Assembly (NCBI RefSeq): GCF_046119375.1
Contig: NW_027362761.1
Coordinates: 736,994,001 to 737,058,000 of the forward strand
Source: Phyllobates terribilis
Lineage: Eukaryota
DNA: 64,000 nucleotides
Direction of reading: 5' to 3'
How positions within the stretch are numbered: position 1 is the stretch's first letter; each line of letters starts with the position of its first letter. Below the pieces are notes generated by a model. It worked only from the letters and a program-made list of their open reading frames with translations. It did no database searches and was not told the origin of the DNA. The position numbers were made by a program, and so were the translations under genes. This document shows, one piece after another, positions 38,521 to 53,000 of the stretch.

Positions 38521-38855
38521 AAACTGGGCTAACACAGCTTGCACTATCACATTAGCAAATGAAAAAAAAGGTTTTTGTGCTCTGCACTCAGAAGTTCTGC
38601 ACTGACAAGCTCTGCAGATAGCTGAATTTCAACCCTTCAAAATCAAAAAGTGGCCTGCCAAGGCTTGCTTGCTTGCTTTATCACATTAGCAAGTGCAAAA
38701 ATAGATTGAAGGTCTGCATGGAGCACAGACAGTACAACCAGTGCAAAACACTGTTCTATGCCATAGGCCCTGCTCTTCCTGTCAGAATCTCTGTAATTGC
38801 ACAAGAAAAAAAAAAAAGGCTGCAAGATCGATTAAAAAGGTACACAGCACAGGAC

Positions 38856-41800
38856 TAGTGATGAGCGAACCTGTTCGCCACTGCTCGGTACTCGCCCGAG
38901 CATCACTGTGCTCGACAAGCTTGGTGCTGCCTGCAGGGCAGCTATTTAAAACTGTCGTTTTCCATCACACGTATCACATATAAGTGCGCTCCAAATTCAG
39001 TCATTTCTGGCCTCAATGTAAATTTTGTTGCAGTGTGTCAGTGAAGTTATTGACACCAGCTTGCTGTGAAAAATAGTAACCTACAGGCCAGTTATTTAAA
39101 ACTGTGGTTTCTCGTCACACGTATCACATATAAGTTCACTCCAAATTCAGCCATTTCCGGCCTCCACTTAAATTTTGTTGCAGTGTGTCAGTGAAGTTAT
39201 TTACATGAGGTCGCTGTGAAAAATAGTAACCTACATGCCAGCTATTTAAAATTGTGGTTTTCCATCACATATATCACATATAAGTTCACTCCAAATTCAG
39301 CCATTTCCGGCCTCCACTTAAATTTTGTTGCAGTGTGTCAGTGAAGTTATTTACATGAGGTCGCTGTGAAAAATAGTAACCTACAGGCCAGCTATTTAAA
39401 ACTGTGGTTTTCCGTCACACGTATCACATATAAGTTCACTCCAAATTCAGCCATTTCTGGCCTCCATTTAAATTTTGTTGCAGTGTGTTCGTGAAGTTAC
39501 TGACACGAGGTCGCTGTGAAAAATAGTAACCTACATGCCAGCTATTTATATACATGCCGTCACACATATCACATATCACTGCGGTTCAAATCCAGCCATT
39601 TGTAGTGAACGTGGAAAATATTATTCTCCATTTAAAATGGGCAAGGCGCGTGGCAAGGGATGGGGAAGTGGATGTGATGGTGCATGCAGAGGACGAGTTC
39701 GAGGCCGTGGGCAAGCTGAAATTGTGCCACAACAAACACCCACATCTTGTCGCTCGACCTTCCTGTCCCAATTAATAGGGGACCGCAGAACACAACTATT
39801 GAACACAGAGCAGTGCCAAAAGGTTATTGGTTGGATATCAGATAATGCTTCCAGTCACTTAGCCACCCCCACCACCACCACCCTGTCTTCCACACGGTCA
39901 AGTCTCAGCAGCGGTGAGTCTGGACTGCATATTCCTCACCCTAATCCTCCTTCCTCCCACCATGCCGAGTGCCCGGAGACAACTGATCCCACATTTGGAC
40001 ACTTCGAAGAGCTGTTCACTTTTACATTTATAGATTCGGGCCTCTCGCCCGGTCCACTTGAAGCGGGGCAAGAGGAGATCGCATGTAGCGATGCCCAAAT
40101 ATTTGAGCAGCCATGGTCACATGAAGGCGACGGTGGGAAAGTGTCACAAGAGGTGGACGATGATGAGACACAATTGCCAGAAAGTCAGGAGGAGGACCAG
40201 GGTGCGGAAGTGGAAGATGAAGTGGTGGACGATGAAGTCACTGACCCAACCTGGCAAGGAGGGAGGCGTAGCACCACAACAGGCAAGAACAAGCAGTGTG
40301 GTGGCCACAGACAGAACGCGGTCAACCATTCCCTGTTTTTAAAGACTCTGCCGATAACCACAAAAAGGCCATTTGCACAACCTGCCAGGCCAACATCAGC
40401 AGGAGTAGCAAAACTAGCAGCCTGACCACCACCAGCATGATCAGGCACATGGCAGCGAAGCACCCGACTAAGTGGGCCGAACCCCAGGGTCCAGCTACAG
40501 TGTCTGCGGGTGACACCACTGCATGTTCCGCTGTTGTGCGTGCACACCAATCCCCTGTTCATGGCGCATAACAAGATGCCTCCCGCCCTGCACCTGTCGT
40601 TGAACACTCTCAACAAGCACCATCAGCAAGCACGTCCTACACCAGTCCTTGGAACGCAAGCGCAAATACGCCCTAACGCCCCACAGGCCACACTACTAAA
40701 TTCACACATTTCGCGAATCCTTGCGCTCGAAATGTTGCCTTTTAGGCTCGTGGAGACGGAAGCTTTCCGCAACCTGATGGCAGCGGCCGTCCCTCGGTGC
40801 TCGGTCCCACCACTACCATTTCTCCCGCGTTCCGTCCCCGCATTACACAAGCACGTGTCCCACAACATTAGCCGTGCCCTCAACAATGCAGTTACTGGCA
40901 AAGTCCACCTAACCACGTACACGTGGACAAGTGCTTGTGGGCAGGGACGGTACATCTCGCTGACGGCACACTGGGTTAACATAGTGGAAGCCGGGACCCA
41001 GTTGGACCTTGGGATGGAACACGTCCTCCTGATGCAGAGGATTGCGGGCCCTGGGTCATTCAGGGTTGTCCCCACATTCTACAGCTCCTGCACCTCCTCC
41101 TCCTCCTCTTCAGCATTAATCTCTGAAATGACCACATTAGTCGCAAGCTGGAAGCACTGCAGCACTGCCTCGGCCAAGCAGCAACAGGCTAAAGCTAATA
41201 TGCTTAGGTTACAAACCACACAACACTGAAGAGCTCACACAAGTACCATGCCTGACCCATGTTCTTAACCTCGTGGTTCAGCAGTTTCTCAAAACCTACA
41301 CAGATCTGCTGGATCTGCTTGTCAAAGTGTGCTGCCTGTGTGCCCATTTTAGAAATTCAGCTACAGCTTCCGCCGCCCTTGCCGTGTTTCAGCAGCATTT
41401 GCAGCTTCCGGCTCATCAACTGGTGTGTGATGTTCCCATGCATTGGAAATCTACATTGAAGATGTTGGGAAGGATTTGAGACCAGAAGAGGGCAGTTGTT
41501 GACTACTTGCATCAACAAGGCCGTCGGTATTCAAGTCAGACTCCACACATAAAACCTCTGGAGTGGACATGGATGTCAGACATCTATACCATCCTCCAAA
41601 ACTTTGAGGACTCCACCAAGATGATGAGCGGTGATGACGCCATAATTAGCATCACCATCCCGCTTTTTTGTCTTCTGAAACGCTCTCTGCTCTCAATTAA
41701 AGAGGATGCATTGCAGGCGGAGCACGATGAGATGGAGCAAGGAACCATACAGGGTGATTCCACACAGCCCAGCCTCATCTCTTCCAATTGTCGTCCTCTT

Positions 41801-42278
41801 GGTGACGACACGGAAGTCTTGCCTCTTTGCAGTCTGGCACACATGGCTGAGCTTATGTTACACTGCCTTTCCCGTGACCCTCACGTTGTCCAAATTTTGG
41901 GTGACAGTCATTACTAGTTGTTGACGCTTGTAGACCCACACTACATGGAGAACTTTATGTCTCTTATTATCTTGCAGGACAGGCCTAAAAAAATGGTGCA
42001 GTACGAGAAGGCCCTTGTTGGGTAATTATTGAAAAAATTCCCATATGAAAAAGCTGGTGGCAGAGGTCACAGTTCGTAGGACAACCAAGGAGTACAGGCG
42101 AGAAAGCCACAAATGCAATCCAGCAGAGGCAGGGGAACACTGTCAAAGTTCTGGGACAGTTTTCTCAGACCCTCCCATCGCACAGGCCCTGAGGTGCATA
42201 GTTCTCTCACAAGGAGTGCAAAGTTTCGGTGGTGAGGGAGTACCTTGCCGACCATACCAACGTGCTCTGTGATTCCTC
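38856..42278 (+). mobile_element. hAT transposon copy B, 3'-truncated, decayed BED-finger transposase
   Basis: TIR TAGTGATGAGCGAA at 38856, ATG 39637 (MGKARGKG...), AICTTCQ...MIRHMAAKH, VHLTTYTWTSACGQG, SFEDSTK-like segments. Many frameshifts. Confidence 0.85.
38941..39570. repeat. 150-bp tandem repeat x4+ upstream of the hAT B ATG
   Basis: G(C/T)TATTTA at 38941, 39091, 39241, 39391 and 39541. Confidence 0.92.
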
Positions 42279-44394
42279 ATGGACGACTGACCATGCCTAC
42301 TCATCAGCTCTGATGTGCGGAGGCTGACTTGAATTCTGACAGGCGCGTTGAAGCTGGTACTCAACAACTGCCTCTGCTGCTCATAAATCCTTCTCAACAT
42401 ATGCAACATTGAGTTCCAACGCGTGGTGACATCGCACACCAGTCGGTGAGCTGGAAGCTGTAAACGCTGCTGAAGCACGGCGAGGGCGGCGGAAGCTGTA
42501 GCTGACTTTCTGAAATGTGCACACATGCAACGTACTTCCACAAGTCGCTCAGGCAGATATGGGTAGGTTTTGAGAAATTGCTGAGATTGAGCACATGGGC
42601 CAGGCATGGTACATGTGCGAGGTTGCCAAGCCTCAGAGCCGCCACCAGGTTCCGGCCATTGTCACACATGACCATGCCTGGCTATAGGTTCAGCGGTAAG
42701 AGCCACAGATCTGCCTGCTCTGTTACAGCTTTCAACAACTCTGCAGCAGTCACCTAAGCATACAGTCCTGCTGATTGTTATTGGCACCCATGAAGTTTAA
42801 GTACCTAATGTGGAATATCGCCTGAAAAAAATGAATCAAGTGAAACAGTTTTTTTGTATAGAGCACTCGTGTTAAATACAAAAGAGCAAATGATAAACAA
42901 TAATTTAAAACAAAAAACAATAGGAGGGAAAAATAGAAAAACATAAAGCTTGCTGTTTCACTAGTATTGGCACCCTTTACATTAATTTAGGTTGGAAACA
43001 CATTTTGATTCACCTGTGGAAAATCACAAAACAGATTGTGATTGTGATTAATTGTCGGTGCCCATGTGACATGAATTAGCCAATGAATGATGACTTGAGT
43101 GTTTTAAAAAGCCACATGTTAGGCCCTGTTCCTTTGTCATAATGGCAAAGACAAAGGAGCTGTCTGAGGACATCAAAACTCCTATTATTAGCAAACACAA
43201 GACTTCCAGAGGCTATAAGGCCATCTCCAAAGACCTTGGTATCCCAGTTTCAAAAGTGCGCAATGTTATTAAGAAGTTTGCAAAGCATGGAACCATCAAA
43301 ACCTCCTTGGACTTGGGGGAAAGAGGAAAATTGACAATAGTGGAAAAAACACCACGTCAAACATCCAAAGACCTGAAGGCAAACCTGGAACAATCTGGGG
43401 TCATGGTTTCAACAAGTACCGTATACTGCATACTAAACCAAGCAGAGCCTTATGAGTAGTGTTGAGCGATACCTTCCGATATTGGGAAATATCGGATCGG
43501 ATTGGATCGGACCGATACCCAAAAAGTATCGGATATCGCCGATTCCGATACCGGAAACCAATGCAAGTCAATGGGACAGAAATATCGGAATGAAAATAAA
43601 CCCTTTCTTTCCTTGTAGGTTAATTCTACATGAAGGAAAACAACTAAGAATAATGTAGAATGTATTGGGGGAGGTGGGGGAGACAATAAAGGCATAGAGG
43701 TTTAGCCCAATCAAATGGAATAGCAGGAATTAATATTTTTTTTAAGACGTTCTGAGTTACGGAAATATTGACTATGTTAAGTATTTTTATATTTTGTCAG
43801 ATATTTATGTTTCACTACTTCCATGCTCTTCATCTTCTTTTTTAGTTCTCCAACACTTTCTCCTTCATCATCCTCAGCATCAGCATCTTTTTCATCCACT
43901 TCTTCTTCACCTTCTTCATCTTCTTCTTCACCTTCTTTGTATTATTCTTTTTTTTTACATTCTTCATATTCTTCTTATTCAACCATTATTCTTCATATTC
44001 TACTTCTTCATCTTCTTCATATTCTTCTTCTTCATCATATTCTTATTTGTGACAGGCAGTCCTGTAGTTGTTATCTATAAAAGTTTGAACATTACACCTT
44101 TCGTTCTGCCCGTCACAAAAGATTTACAACAGGATTTGTCCGCGTTCAGTTTGGCCTGCAGCAGCAGGTCTTTTCCAGGGGCACCACGAGGAGGAACGGA
44201 CTCACCCCCTTGCACTGCTTAGTCATCTTCTGCTTATAATTTAGATATTATCTTTTGCTCTGATTTTTTGTCTTATGCTTAATGTTCTTTCATCTTTTTG
44301 TTCTGCAGCTTCTTGTACTTCTGCTTCTTGGTTTTCTGTCTCTTGTTCTTCTGTATCTTGGTGGTTGTCTTCTCTTCTTTGTCCTCTTGGTCAA

Positions 44395-44700
44395 CTTCTT
44401 CAGGGTCATCTTCTTAGTCTTGTTCGGGGTGGTCTTCAGGGTCATCGTCTTCAGGGTCCTCGTCTTCAGGGTCGTCGTCCTCATCTTCGGGGTCCTCGTC
44501 TTCTTCGGGTTGGTCTTCAGGGTCCTCGTCTTCAGGGTCCTTGTCTTCGGGGTCCTTGTCTTCTTCGGGGTGGTCTTCAGGGTCCTCGTCTTCTTCGGGG
44601 TGGTCTTCAGGGTCCTCATCTTCAGGGTCGTTGTCTTCGGGGTCCTCGTCTTCTTCGGGTTGGTCTTCAGGGTCCTCGTCTTCAGGGTCCTCGTCAGGGA
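44395..44700. repeat. (CTTCAGGGTCCTCGT)-type 15/24-bp repeat; reads as an Asp/Glu/Pro repeat on the minus strand
   Basis: Direct inspection; ORF 44414-44731 reads DPEDEDPED.... Confidence 0.9.
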
Positions 44701-44739
44701 GATCCAGAGTGATTACCAAGAACCATTTCAAAAAGCTTG

Positions 44740-46780
44740 AACTTGGAAATGTAGCAGAAGGTACAAGAAGGCTGAGGAACTACCGAGGAACAGCTGACGG
44801 TACTGGAACCCGGATGGGTAGCAGAAGGTACAAGAGCCAATGGAACTACCGAGGACCAGCTGACGGTACTGGAACTCGGTTACTAAGCAGGAGGTACCTG
44901 TGCCAGAAAGCACTACCAAGGACCAGCAGATGTTGGTAGAACTTGGATACCGAGAAGGAGGCACCTAATCCAAAGGCACTGCCGAGAACCAGCTGACGGT
45001 ACTGGAACTCGGTTACTAAGCAGGAGGTACCTGTGCCAGAAAGCACTACCAAGGACCAGCAGACGTTGGTGGAACTTGGATACCGAGAAGGAGGCACCTA
45101 AGCCAAAGGCACTGCCGAGAACCAGCTGACGGTACTGGAACCCGGATGGGTAGCAGAAGGTACCCATGTAAAAAAAAGTTGCAAGGCCGCGATCCGGCCG
45201 CAGTTACCAAAACCCACAGTCCTACAGGGGATGCTTGTCCTATTGGCACTATGGAACCAGCCTTCATTGCCAGATCCCGCAGCCCACATAGGAGTCACCT
45301 AAACTGCAGGCACCATAGAGTCGGCTAACCCGACCGCAACATGACAGGACAACGCATTGGAGGCAAAGTGACGTTGACACTACCCGGAAACAGCTGGCGT
45401 GCTGGAACCAGGCTGGGCAGGAGGGAGTACCCGTGCCAAAGACACTGCCGAGAACCTGCTGACGGTACTGGAACCAGGATGGGTAGTAGAAGGTACAAGA
45501 GCAAATGGAACTACCGAGGACCAGCTGACGGTACTGGAACCCGGATGGGTAGCAGAAGGTACAAGAGCCAATGGAACTACCGAGGACCAGCTGACGGTAC
45601 TGGAACTCGGTTACTAAGCAGGAGGTACCTGTGCCAGAAAGCACTACCAAGGACCAGCAGATGTTGGTAGAACTTGGATTCCGAGAAGGAGGCACCTAAT
45701 CCAAAGGCACTGCCGAGAACCAGCTGACGGTACTGGAACCCGGATGGGTAGCAGAAGGTACAAGAGCCAATGGAAGTACCGAGGACCAGCTGATGGTACT
45801 GGAACTCGGTTACTAAGCAGGAGGTACCTGTGCCAGAAAGCACTACCAAGGACCAGCAGACGTTGGTGGAACTTGGATACCGAGAAGGAGGCACCTAATC
45901 CAAAGGCACTGCCGAGAACCAGCTGACGGTACTGGAACCCGGATGGGTAGCAGAAGGTACCCAAGTAAAAAAAAGTTTCAAGGCCGCGAGCCGGCCGCAG
46001 TTACCAAAACCCACAGTCCTACAGGGGGTGCTTGTCCTATTGGCACTATGGAACCAGCCTTCATTGCCAGATCCCGCAGCCCACATAGGAGTCACCTAAA
46101 CTGCAGGCACCATAGAGTCGGCTAACCCGACTGCAACACGACAGGACAATGCATTGGAGGCAAAGTGACTTTGACTCTACCCGGAAACAGCTGGCGTGCT
46201 GGAACCAGGCTGGGCAGGAGGGTGTACCCGTGCCAAAGACACTGCCGAGAACCAGCTGACGATACTGGAACCTGGATGGGTAGTAGAAGGTACAAGAGCA
46301 AATGGAACTACCGAGGACCAGCTGACGGTACTGGAACCCGGATGGGTAGCAGAAGGTACAAGAGCCAATGGAACTACCGAAGACCAGCTGACGGTACTGG
46401 AACTCGGTTACTAAGCAGGAGGTACCTGTGCCAGAAAGCACTACCAAGGACCAGCAGACGTTGGTGGAACATGGATACCGAGAAGGAGGCACCTAATCCA
46501 AAGGCACTGCCGAGAACCAGCTGACGGTACTGGAACCCGGATGGGTAGCAGAAGGTACCCAAGTAAAAAAAAGTTTCAAGGCCGCGAGCCGGCCGCAGTT
46601 ACCGAAACCCACAGTCCTACAGGGGGTGCTTGTCTTATTGGCACTATAGAACCAGCTTTCATTGCCAGATCCCGCAGCCCACATAGGAGTCACCTAAACT
46701 GCAGGCACCATAGAGTCGGCTAACCCGACCGCAACACGACAGGACAACGCATTGGAGGCAAAGTGACGTTGACACTACCC
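44740..46780. repeat. Higher-order repeat (~600-800-bp units made of shorter subunits)
   Basis: Marker GGCACCATAGAGTCGGCTAACCCGA at ~45308, 46106 and 46703. Core CAGCTGACGGTACTGGAAC recurs throughout. Confidence 0.9.
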
Positions 46781-46799
46781 GGAAACAGCTGGCGTGCTG

Positions 46800-49700
46800 G
46801 AACCAGGCTGGGCAGGAGGGAGTAACAATGCCAAAGACACTGCTGGGAAACAGCTGGCGATGCTGGAACCCAGGGTAAATACTAAAAACAGAGTGGAGCC
46901 AGAGGCGTAATTGGAGCAACTTTAAAATCTGTAGTAGTGTGAATGTGGACAGAGCAGGAGAATTTGTCGGACACACAGCAGGGGAACAGCTGACGTTACT
47001 GAACCCCAATAACACTGGAGCAAGCGTTGACTGTGCAGACGGCACTTCTGAGCAGCAACTAGCGGTATTGGAGCCCAGGGTAAATAATAAAAACAGAGGA
47101 GCCAGAGGTGTAATTGGAGCAAGTTTTAAATCAGTAGTACAGTGGATGTGGACAAAGCAGGAGAATTTGCCGGTCACACAGCAGGGGAACAGCTGACGTT
47201 ACTGAACCCCAATAACACTGGAGCAAGCGTTGACTGTGCAGACGGCACTTCTGAGCAGCAACTAGGGGTATTGGAGCCCATGGTAAATACTAAAAACAGA
47301 GGAGCCAGAGGTGTAATTGGAGCAAGTTTTAAATCAGTAGTACAGTGGATGTGTACAAAGCAGGAGAAATTGCCGTCCGCACAGCAGGGGAACAGCTGAC
47401 GTTACTGAACCCCAATAACACGGCAGCAAGTGTTGACTGTGCAGACGGCACTTCCGAGCGCCAACTGGCGGTGTTGGAGCTCAGGGATAATACTGAAAAC
47501 AGAGGAGCCAGAGGTGTAATTGGAGCAACTTTAAAATCTGTAGTAGTGAGAATGTGGACAGAGCAGGAGAAATTGCCGTCCGCACAGCAGGGAAACAGCT
47601 GACGTTACTGAACCCCAATAACACGGCAGCAAGTGTTGACTGTGCAGACGGCACTTCCGAGCGCCAACTGGCGGTGTTGGAGCTCAGGGATAATACTGAA
47701 AACAGAGGAGCCAGAGGTGTAATTGGAGCAACTTTAAAATCTGTAGTAGTGAGAATGTGGACAGAGCAGGAGAAATTGCCGTCCGCACAGCAGGGGAACA
47801 GCTGACGTTACTGAACCCCAATAACACGGCAGCAAGTGTTGACTGTGCAGATGGCACTTCCGAGCGCCAACTGGCGGTGTTGGAGCTCAGGGATAATACT
47901 GAAAACAGAGGAGCCAGAGGTGTAATTGGAGCAACTTTAAAATCTGTAGTAGTGAGAATGTGGACAGAGCAGGAGAAATTGCCGTCCGCACAGCAGGGGA
48001 ACAGCTGACGTTACTGAACTCCAATAACACGGCAGCAAGTGTTGACTGTGCAGACAGCACTTCCGAGCGCCAACTGGCGGTGTTGGAGCTCAGGGATAAT
48101 ACTGAAAACAGAGGAGCCAGAGGTGTAATTGGAGCAACTTTAAAATCTGTAGTAGTGAGAATGTGGACAGAGCAGGAGAAATTGCCGTCCGCACAGCAGG
48201 GGAACAGCTGACGTTACTGAACCCCAATAACACGGCAGCAAGTGTTGACTGTGCAGATGGCACTTCCGAGCGCCAACTGGCGTGTTGGAGCTCAGGGATA
48301 ATACTGAAAACAGAGGAGCCAGAGGTGTAATTGGAGCAACTTTAAAATCTGTAGTAGTGAGAATGTGGACAGAGCAGGAGAAATTGCTGTCCGCACAGCA
48401 GGGGAACAGCTGACGTTACTGAACCCCAATAACACGGCAGCAAGTGTTAACTGTGCAGACGGCACTTCCGAGCGCCAACTGGCGGTGTTGGAGCTCAGGG
48501 ATAATACTGAAAACAGAGGAGCCAGAGGTGTAATTGGAGCAACTTTAAAATCTGTAGTAGTGAGAATGTGGACAGAGCAGGAGAAATTGCCATCCGCACA
48601 GCAGGGGAACAGCTGACGTTACTGAACCCCAATAACACGGCAGCAAGTGTTGACTGTGCAGACGGCACTTCCTAGCGCCAACTGGCGGTGTTGGAGCTGA
48701 GGGATAATACTGAAAACAGAGGAGCCAGAGGTGTAATTGGAGCAACTTTAAAATCTGTAGTAGGGAGAATGTGGACAGAGCAGGAGAAATTGCTGTCCGC
48801 ACAGCAGGGGAACAGCTGACGTTACTGAACCCCAATAACACGGCAGCAAGTGTTGACTGTGCAGATGGCACTTCCGAGCGCCAACTGGCGGTGTTGGAGC
48901 TCAGGGATAATACTGAAAACAGAGGAGCCAGAGGTGTAATTGGAGCAACTTTAAAATCTGTAGTAGTGAGAATGTGGACAGAGCAGGAGAAATTGCCGTC
49001 CGCACAGCAGGGGAACAGCTGACGTTACTGAACTCCAATAACACGGCAGCAAGTGTTGACTGTGCAGACGGCACTTCCGAGCGCCAACTGGCGGTGTTGG
49101 AGCTCAGGGATAATACTGAAAACAGAGGAGCCAGAGGTGTAATTGGAGCAACTTTAAAATCTGTAGTAGTGAGAATGTGGACAGAGCAGGAGAAATTGTC
49201 GTCCGCACAGCAGGGGAACAGCTGACGTTACTGAACCTCAATAACACGGCAGCAAGTGTTGACTGTGCAGATGGCACTTCCGAGCGCCAACTGGCGGTGT
49301 TGGAGCTCAGGGATAATACTGAAAACAGAGGAGCCAGAGGTGTAATTGGAGCAACTTTAAAATCTGTAGTAGTGAGAATGTGGACAGAGCAGGAGAAATT
49401 GCTGTCCGCACAGCAGGGGAACAGCTGACGTTACTGAACCCCAATAACACGGCAGCAAGTGTTGACTGTGCAGACGGCACTTCCGAGCGCCAACTGGCGG
49501 TGTTGGAGCTCAGGGATAATACTGAAAACAGAGGAGCCAGAGGTGTAATTGGAGCAACTTTAAAATCTGTAGTAGTGAGAATGTGGACAGAGCAGGAGAA
49601 ATTGCCGTCCGCACAGCAGGGGAACAGCTGACGTTACTGAACCCCAATAACACGGCAGCAAGTGTTGACTGTGCAGACGGCACTTTCGAGTGCCAACTGG

Positions 49701-49925
49701 CGGTGTTGGAGCTCAGGGATAATACTGAAAACAGAGGAGCCAGAGGTGTAATTGGAGCAACTTTAAAATCTGTAGTAGTGAGAATGTGGACAGAGCAGGA
49801 GAAATTGCCGTCCGCACAGCAGGGGAACAGCTGACGTTACTGAACCCCAATAACACGGCAGCAAGTGTTGACTGTGCATACGGCACTTCCGAGCGCCAAC
49901 TGGCGGTGTTGGAGCTCAGGGATTA
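46800..49925. repeat. 203-bp satellite, about 15 copies
   Basis: Pseudo-ORF starts at 46939, 47142, 47345 and at 47554, 47757, 47960 ... 49786 show a 203-bp period. Inner copies are near-identical. Confidence 0.97.
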
Positions 49926-50034
49926 CAGTTCAGGTGGTAGAAACATGAACACAACAGGAGACCTGGATACTGTTGCCAACCAATTATTTATTCTGGAAGA
50001 GGACTGGCAAATTCATGAGAGATCCAGGCCTTGT

Positions 50035-53000
50035 TCATTTTGAGAAAAGTAAGTTGTTGGAGGATAGTCGCATGCGACGGTCTGTTAATACACTACCTGC
50101 GGCACTAAAGACGCGTTCCGATAATACACTAGCAGCCGGGCAAGCTAGCACCTCCAGTGCATATTGACTAAGCTCTGGCCATGTATCCAGCTTACAGACC
50201 CAAAACTTGAATGGAGAAGAGCCGTCTGGGAGTACACTAAGAGGGCAAGACATGTAGTCTGTCACCATCTGACGGAAACGTTGCCTCCTGCTGACTGGAG
50301 CCGTCTGTGATGGTGTAGACATTTGTGGCGGCAGGGACACAAAACTTTGCCACATTTCTGCCATACTGGTCTTGCCTTGTGCTGAGGCGCTGCTTCTGCT
50401 CCCTCTTTGTGCAGAGCTTCCTCCACTGCCTCGACGCACTGAGCTGCTTTGTAAAGCTCTAGCAGCACTGCTCTCGGTTGGAATGGAGAACATCATGGAA
50501 TGCACCAGTGCGTCTTGGTACTCCCGCATTTTACGCTCCCGGTTCAACGGTGTTATGAGGCTTTGTAAGTTGTCCCGGTAGCGAGGATCTAGGAGGGTGG
50601 ACACCCAATAATCAGCCGTGTTGAGAATGTGGACGATGCGGCGGTCGTTTCTCAGGCACTGCAGCATGAAATCAACCATGTGCTGCAGACTGCCAACTGG
50701 CCAAGAAACGCTGTCCCCTGCTTGAGGCGTGATCTCTGCCTGCTCTGCATCACCCCACCCTCGCTCTAGATACTGACTACTAGAGCATTGTGTACCTCCC
50801 TCCTCTGGACAGATGTCTTCCTCATCCATTGACTCCTCCTCATCCTCCTCACAAAGTGTCCCCTGCCTAGGCCTTTGTGAGGAACCACGTTGCGCAGACT
50901 GTAGAGAAGCAGATGGCATTTGTGACTCCTCATCCTCCACCTCTTACAAAACCTCGTCCCTTAGTGCTTGCAGTGTTTTTTCAAGCAGTCAGATAAGGGG
51001 GATAGTCATGCTGACTAGTGCATAATCTGCACTCGCCATCCGCGTGGAATAATCGAAGGCACGCAAAACGTGGCAAATGTCCTTCATAGAGGCCCACTCA
51101 GTGGTGGTGAAGTGTGAACGGCGCGCACTGCGACTTGTTTGCGCCTGCTGCAGCTGGTACTCCATTACTGCTGCCTGCTGGTCACACAACCTCTCCAACA
51201 TATGTAACGTTGAATTCCACCTGGTGGGTAGGTCACATATGATGCGATGTTCCGGAAGACGTAATCGGCGCTGCAGAGCTGCAATGCGTGATCTTGCGTT
51301 GCTGGAACGCCGCAAGTGAGCGCACTCTATGCGGACCTTGTGAAGCAGTGCATCAAGATCCGGATAGTCCCTCAAAAAACTCTGCATGACCAAGTTGAGC
51401 ACATGTGCCAGACATGGGATGTGAGTGAGGTTGCCTAGGCCCAGAGCTGCCACCAGATTTCGGCCATTGTCACACACTACCATGCCTGGCTGGAGATTCG
51501 CTGGCACAAACCACACGTCGCTCTGCTGCTTGATGGCATTCCAGAGCTCCTGCGCTGCGTGGCTTCGGTTCCCCAAATAAATAAATTTCAATACGGCTTG
51601 TTGACGTTTGGCCACGGCTGTGCTCATATCGGTCGTAACAGGTAACCGTTCACGGGTCGATGTGGAGGTAGACCGTGACGGCTCCTGCAGCGCTGATTCA
51701 GAGGAACTGGAGTATGAAGAGGAGTCAATGTGTACAGACTGGATTCCTGCAATCCTTGGAGTTGGCAGAACACGTACAGCGCCACTCTCAAGATCTGTAC
51801 CCGGCTCCACAACATTTACCCAATGGGCAGTGAGGGAAAGGTATTGTCCCTGTCCATGCTTACTGGTCCACGCATCGGTGGTCAGGTGGACCTTGCTACT
51901 GACGGCGTTTTGTAGCGCTTGTTTAATTTTTCCCTCCACATGATGTTGCAGGGCAGGGACGGCTTGCCTGCTGAAATAAAAGCGGCTGGGCACGTTGTAT
52001 TGTGGGACTGCCAATGCCATAAAGTTCCGGAAGGTGTCAGTCTCCACCAGCCTGAATGATAGCATTTCAAGGGCCAGTAGTTTAGCAATGCCAGCATTCA
52101 GAGCCTGTGCTCGGGGGTGGTTTGCCGAGTATGGGCGCCTTTTCTCCCATGCCTGTGCTAACGATGGCTGTAGACTGACCTGGGAGTGTGAGGATGACTG
52201 GGAAAGTGGTGCTGTGGGTGGAATTACACTGTGTCTCTGTACAACAGTGCCAGAGATTCTTCCATGGCGATCCTGTGAGGAAGCCGAACCAGCTGTGTGT
52301 GAGCTGGAGGAATAGGCTACAACACGAGCTGAAGAGGTGGTAGGTGGCGCTGTAGGTTGGCCTAGGTCTTCAGTGTGTTTTTGTAACTCCACCACGTGCT
52401 TGGTCCGCACATGTTTCCACATATTTGTGGTATTGAGGTTGCTGACACTTTTCCCTCTTTTCACCTTCTGATTACACATCTTGCATTTGACAAAGCAAAT
52501 GTCATCTGCAACTGTGTCAAAAAAGGACCAGGCACTGCAAGTCTTGGGAGCGCCCGCTTTGGATTTTGGAAGAGCCATGCTCCTACTGGGTGCCGAAGTG
52601 GAGGCTACAGGCAACCAAGTCTGCCCCCTCCCTCTCCCTCCTTTTTGGGCTGTTCGGGGAATCTCTTCCTCAGAGCTGCTCCCACCACCTTCCTGTCCCT
52701 CACGCCATGATGGGTCAAGGACCTCATCATCTACACCACCCTCTTCAAACAACTGCTTCTCCTGGGTAGTCTCGACAGCACAGTACGCACCAGAAAGTGG
52801 CACCTGAGTCTCATCATCAGATGCGTACTGAGGTGTGCTGCTGGCCATAGTCACTGGCCCACCCGCCTCTTCAGATTCAGAGAGACAAAACGATTGCGCA
52901 TCACTGCATACTACCTCTTCTTCAAATTCTCGAATTCTGCTTGGCTGGCCCCCTCTTTCCAAGCCAAGAGATTCAGAGAACAGAAGTAGAGATGGCTCCT

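Larger units (their letters stand above)
24937..38820 (-). mobile_element. hAT transposon copy A (decayed; right boundary approximate), host of the Penelope element
   Basis: TIR TAGTGATGAGCG at 24937. Transposase remnants at 35710-36900 (VHLTTDTWTSKHGQG, VCDNG, CMAHVLN) and 26330-26694 (HSFEMATKLVSADNAII) join across the insertion. Confidence 0.75.

Noticed and set aside
44275-46723. Many recurring short ORFs (MPPSR..., MGSRR..., MTPMW...)
   Set aside because: They are artefacts of the higher-order repeat and appear on both strands without domain content.
46800-49925. Regular 203-bp array as a CRISPR array or as a family of 83-85-aa genes
   Set aside because: There are no unique spacers, the context is eukaryotic, and 203 is not a multiple of 3, so the recurring ORFs are a by-product of the satellite.
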